A stretch of 63,935 nt of DNA, counting the filler, from Dimargaris cristalligena (lineage: Eukaryota): the NCBI GenBank assembly GCA_003614675.1. It is 26 parts of 26 records of this genome, joined end to end, with 100 filler letters (N's around TTAATTAATTAA, not from the genome) between each part and the next. Parts side by side here need not be neighbours in the genome. Positions count along the whole stretch, not along the records: positions 61,726 to 63,935 come from ML004261.1; 25 more parts are not named here. One strand, given 5' to 3'. The translations under genes were made by a program, and so were the position numbers. Shown here in pieces: positions 61,726 through 63,935 of the stretch. The number at the start of each line of letters is the position of its first letter. Position 1 is the first letter of the stretch. Below the pieces are notes generated by a model. It searched no databases. It was not told the origin of the DNA and saw only the letters and a list, made by a program, of their open reading frames with translations.

Positions 61726-63739
61726 CACTAAATGAACCCAAAGAGGCGAAGAAGTCGTCATCGATCTCTGGGTCGACTTCCCGGGATGGGTGGTCGGTGG
61801 CCATTTTATGGAGGGCACTATCTACACTAAGACTAAAACTAACGGGTCCGCGGGGGGGACTCGCGGGTGGCGTACCTTTCTTGGCGGCATTGCTCATGGT
61901 GTTATCGGCCAGGTTCGCTTCCTCCTGCTGCTGCATTTCAGCAACGGCGGCTTCGTTGATGGGCACGTCCTTGACGATTGTTTCGGTGGTGCGCATGTAC
62001 TTGGGCTCTTCTTCAGCCATCTGTTGCTGTTGCTGCTGCACTTGTTGTTGCTGTTGCTGTTGCATTTGCTGTTGCTGCTGCATGGTGGGCTGCTTCTGCT
62101 GGTTCATACCGTAATTGCCGGGAGGGGGAGCTTCGTTCGACGAAGAGCGGCTATGGTATCCCTCGCTAAAGTCGGATTCGGTGAGAGCCCCGGTGGAACC
62201 GGTGGCACGCTGGTTAGCGGCTCCGCTAACTTCGCCCATTTCCATAATCTGCTTGGTAGCATTAGGGTGCTGGACGGCGCTAGTGACCAAGTGCACGCGC
62301 ACCTTGGTGGTAAGGGCGGTCCACCACTGCTCGGTGATCTCGGGCGATTTGCAGCGGAACAGGTGCTGGCGGCCAATCTGGTCGCGGGAGGACCGGTCCT
62401 TAACCGACACGGTGAAGGAGTTGTGGGGCAGCTCGGGGAGGTTCAAGGCGCCCAAACTGCAGTTGGGCAGGTACAGGGACATGGCAGGGGTACGGCAGTT
62501 GACCAAGTCACCGGACGGGAACAGGTGCAGGAAGCCGAGGGCGGTTAACACCCCGTAGTATTCCTTCCACACCTTCATCATGCCGGAACCGGCCTGGAGT
62601 TCCATGTAGCCCTCCTTGACCACATTGAGGCTGGGGTCGTCGCGGTGGGGGTAGGGCACCTCCACAGCGGTGATGGGGCCGGTGGTGGGGTCGACGAATT
62701 CGTCGGCGTGCATCTGGCAGAAGTGTTTCCACTCCCAGTCGTTGGGCAGCTGGTCGGTGGCGCGACAGACGCTCTCGGCGTTCTGCTGGAGCATGTTGAA
62801 GTCCTTGGCGTAGAAACCGAATTGGTTCTTGAGCAGGTCCTTGAGCTGCTGGACGACGGAGGATTCGAAGGCGAGGAAGGAGTTTTGCTCGTTGACAGCG
62901 GCCTTGTAGAAGAAGTGTTCTTCGTTGGCACGGTGGTGAATGGCACGACGGACGTCCAGGTTGACCAAGAACGGATCGGTGAACAAGTCACCGGGAGTGG
63001 CCCGGGCGGTGGCCATGGCTCCGGCCAAACGGGCGAATTCAGCGTGGCACTGGTTGCGCTGCTCGGACAACCGTTTGTGGGACTCCAGCAGCTGGTTCGA
63101 CGAGTTGGAAATCCGGAACTTAATCTCGTTGTACAGACGTTCCAACGTGGGGATGACGTGTTCGGTGGTGGAGCGGCTGGACTCGTGGTGGAAATTGGAG
63201 TTGCTTTCGGTCACGGACTTGATGGAACGCACCAAATCTTGCAGACCGTGCTGGCCCACGGGCATGAACACCCCGTCGTCCTTGATAGGGACGGGAATGC
63301 TGGCCGCAATCGAGCTGTACCGACGGGCGGAATCGAGTTCCGCGTCGGCCATACCCTCAAAGAAGAACTTGCACGATTTGACGAAGCGCTTAAGGGCATG
63401 CAAGCGCGAGACCAGCAGCTGGGTGGGATCCACGCTGCGCGTGGCCAGCGCGTGGCTTTCGCTAGTCATGGAACGGGTGTTGCTCACGTTGGTGGACATG
63501 CCCTGGCTCATTTGGCTACGGCTGTGGTCCACCATATGCGAGGTGCTTTGCTGGTTGGTACCGTACCCGGCGTCCATACCCGAATGTTGTTGTTGCATCG
63601 CCTGCTGTTGCATAGGCTGCTGTTGCATGGGCTGTTGCTGCTGCATCATCGGCTGCTGCTGTTGTTGCTGCATGGGCATATGGGCCTGGGCCTCGTTAGC
63701 ATACTGCTGAGGTTGCTGGTGGATAGCGGACTGAGACAT
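61726..63739 (-). CDS. SLM1/SLM2-like BAR + PH domain protein, 3'-partial
   Basis: Q-rich N-terminus, helical BAR-like region (LVSRLHALKRFVK...DPFLVN...EWKHF), PH domain (VKEGYME...WKEYYGVLTALGFLHLF...PAMSLYLPNCSLG...WW). Confidence 0.82.
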
Positions 63740-63935
63740 GATTGGTATCGGTTAGGGAAAACTAAAACCACATGAAACCGAGGTTTCAATTAAACGACAT
63801 GCCCGAACCGAACCGAAACACCACAGCCAACAATTACGAAGTACACATAATGAATATGATAATGGTTAGTCTCGTGTATCTCACGCAACACCCATTTTGG
63901 TAAACGGGGTGAAACTCCCTATGTCGAGGGATGAA

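Noticed and set aside
61790-63775. Long plus-strand ORFs (252, 376, 256 aa) with poly-Cys/Leu
   Set aside because: Antisense shadows of the codon-biased, poly-Gln SLM1-like gene.

Overview
This window is not one continuous locus. It is 26 small contigs (~2.2-2.4 kb, in roughly descending length order) joined by an artificial 100-bp linker (N44-TTAATTAATTAA-N44), so adjacency across linkers means nothing. The content is fungal, with GT-AG introns and CTAAC branch sites. It fits an early-diverging fungus; the NRPS plus subtilase paralogs suggest a Dimargaris-like Zoopagomycota mycoparasite, which is my inference. Recognisable genes, mostly partial: NOL10/ENP2, ATG9, a Dicer-like helicase, a PNUTS/Ppn1-like PP1 regulator, a PHD/PZP chromatin reader, an SLM1-like BAR-PH protein, two near-twin NRPS genes, S8 subtilases (one intact N-terminus, one mutated relic), a four-TM protein, small secreted proteins, a PD-(D/E)XK nuclease ORF and a Fic pseudogene. 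About half the window is decayed Ty1/copia and Ty3/gypsy sequence and nested LTRs. The strongest signal is directional C>T/G>A hypermutation at CpG and also CpA in transposons and in duplicated host genes, while single-copy genes stay CpG-rich. This looks like a RIP-like or methylation-driven genome defence. Other leads are a candidate KEX2-processed cationic peptide, two NRPS copies with different predicted A-domain pockets, a 5'-truncated NOL10 bracketed by inverted repeats, and a foreign-looking Fic contig.
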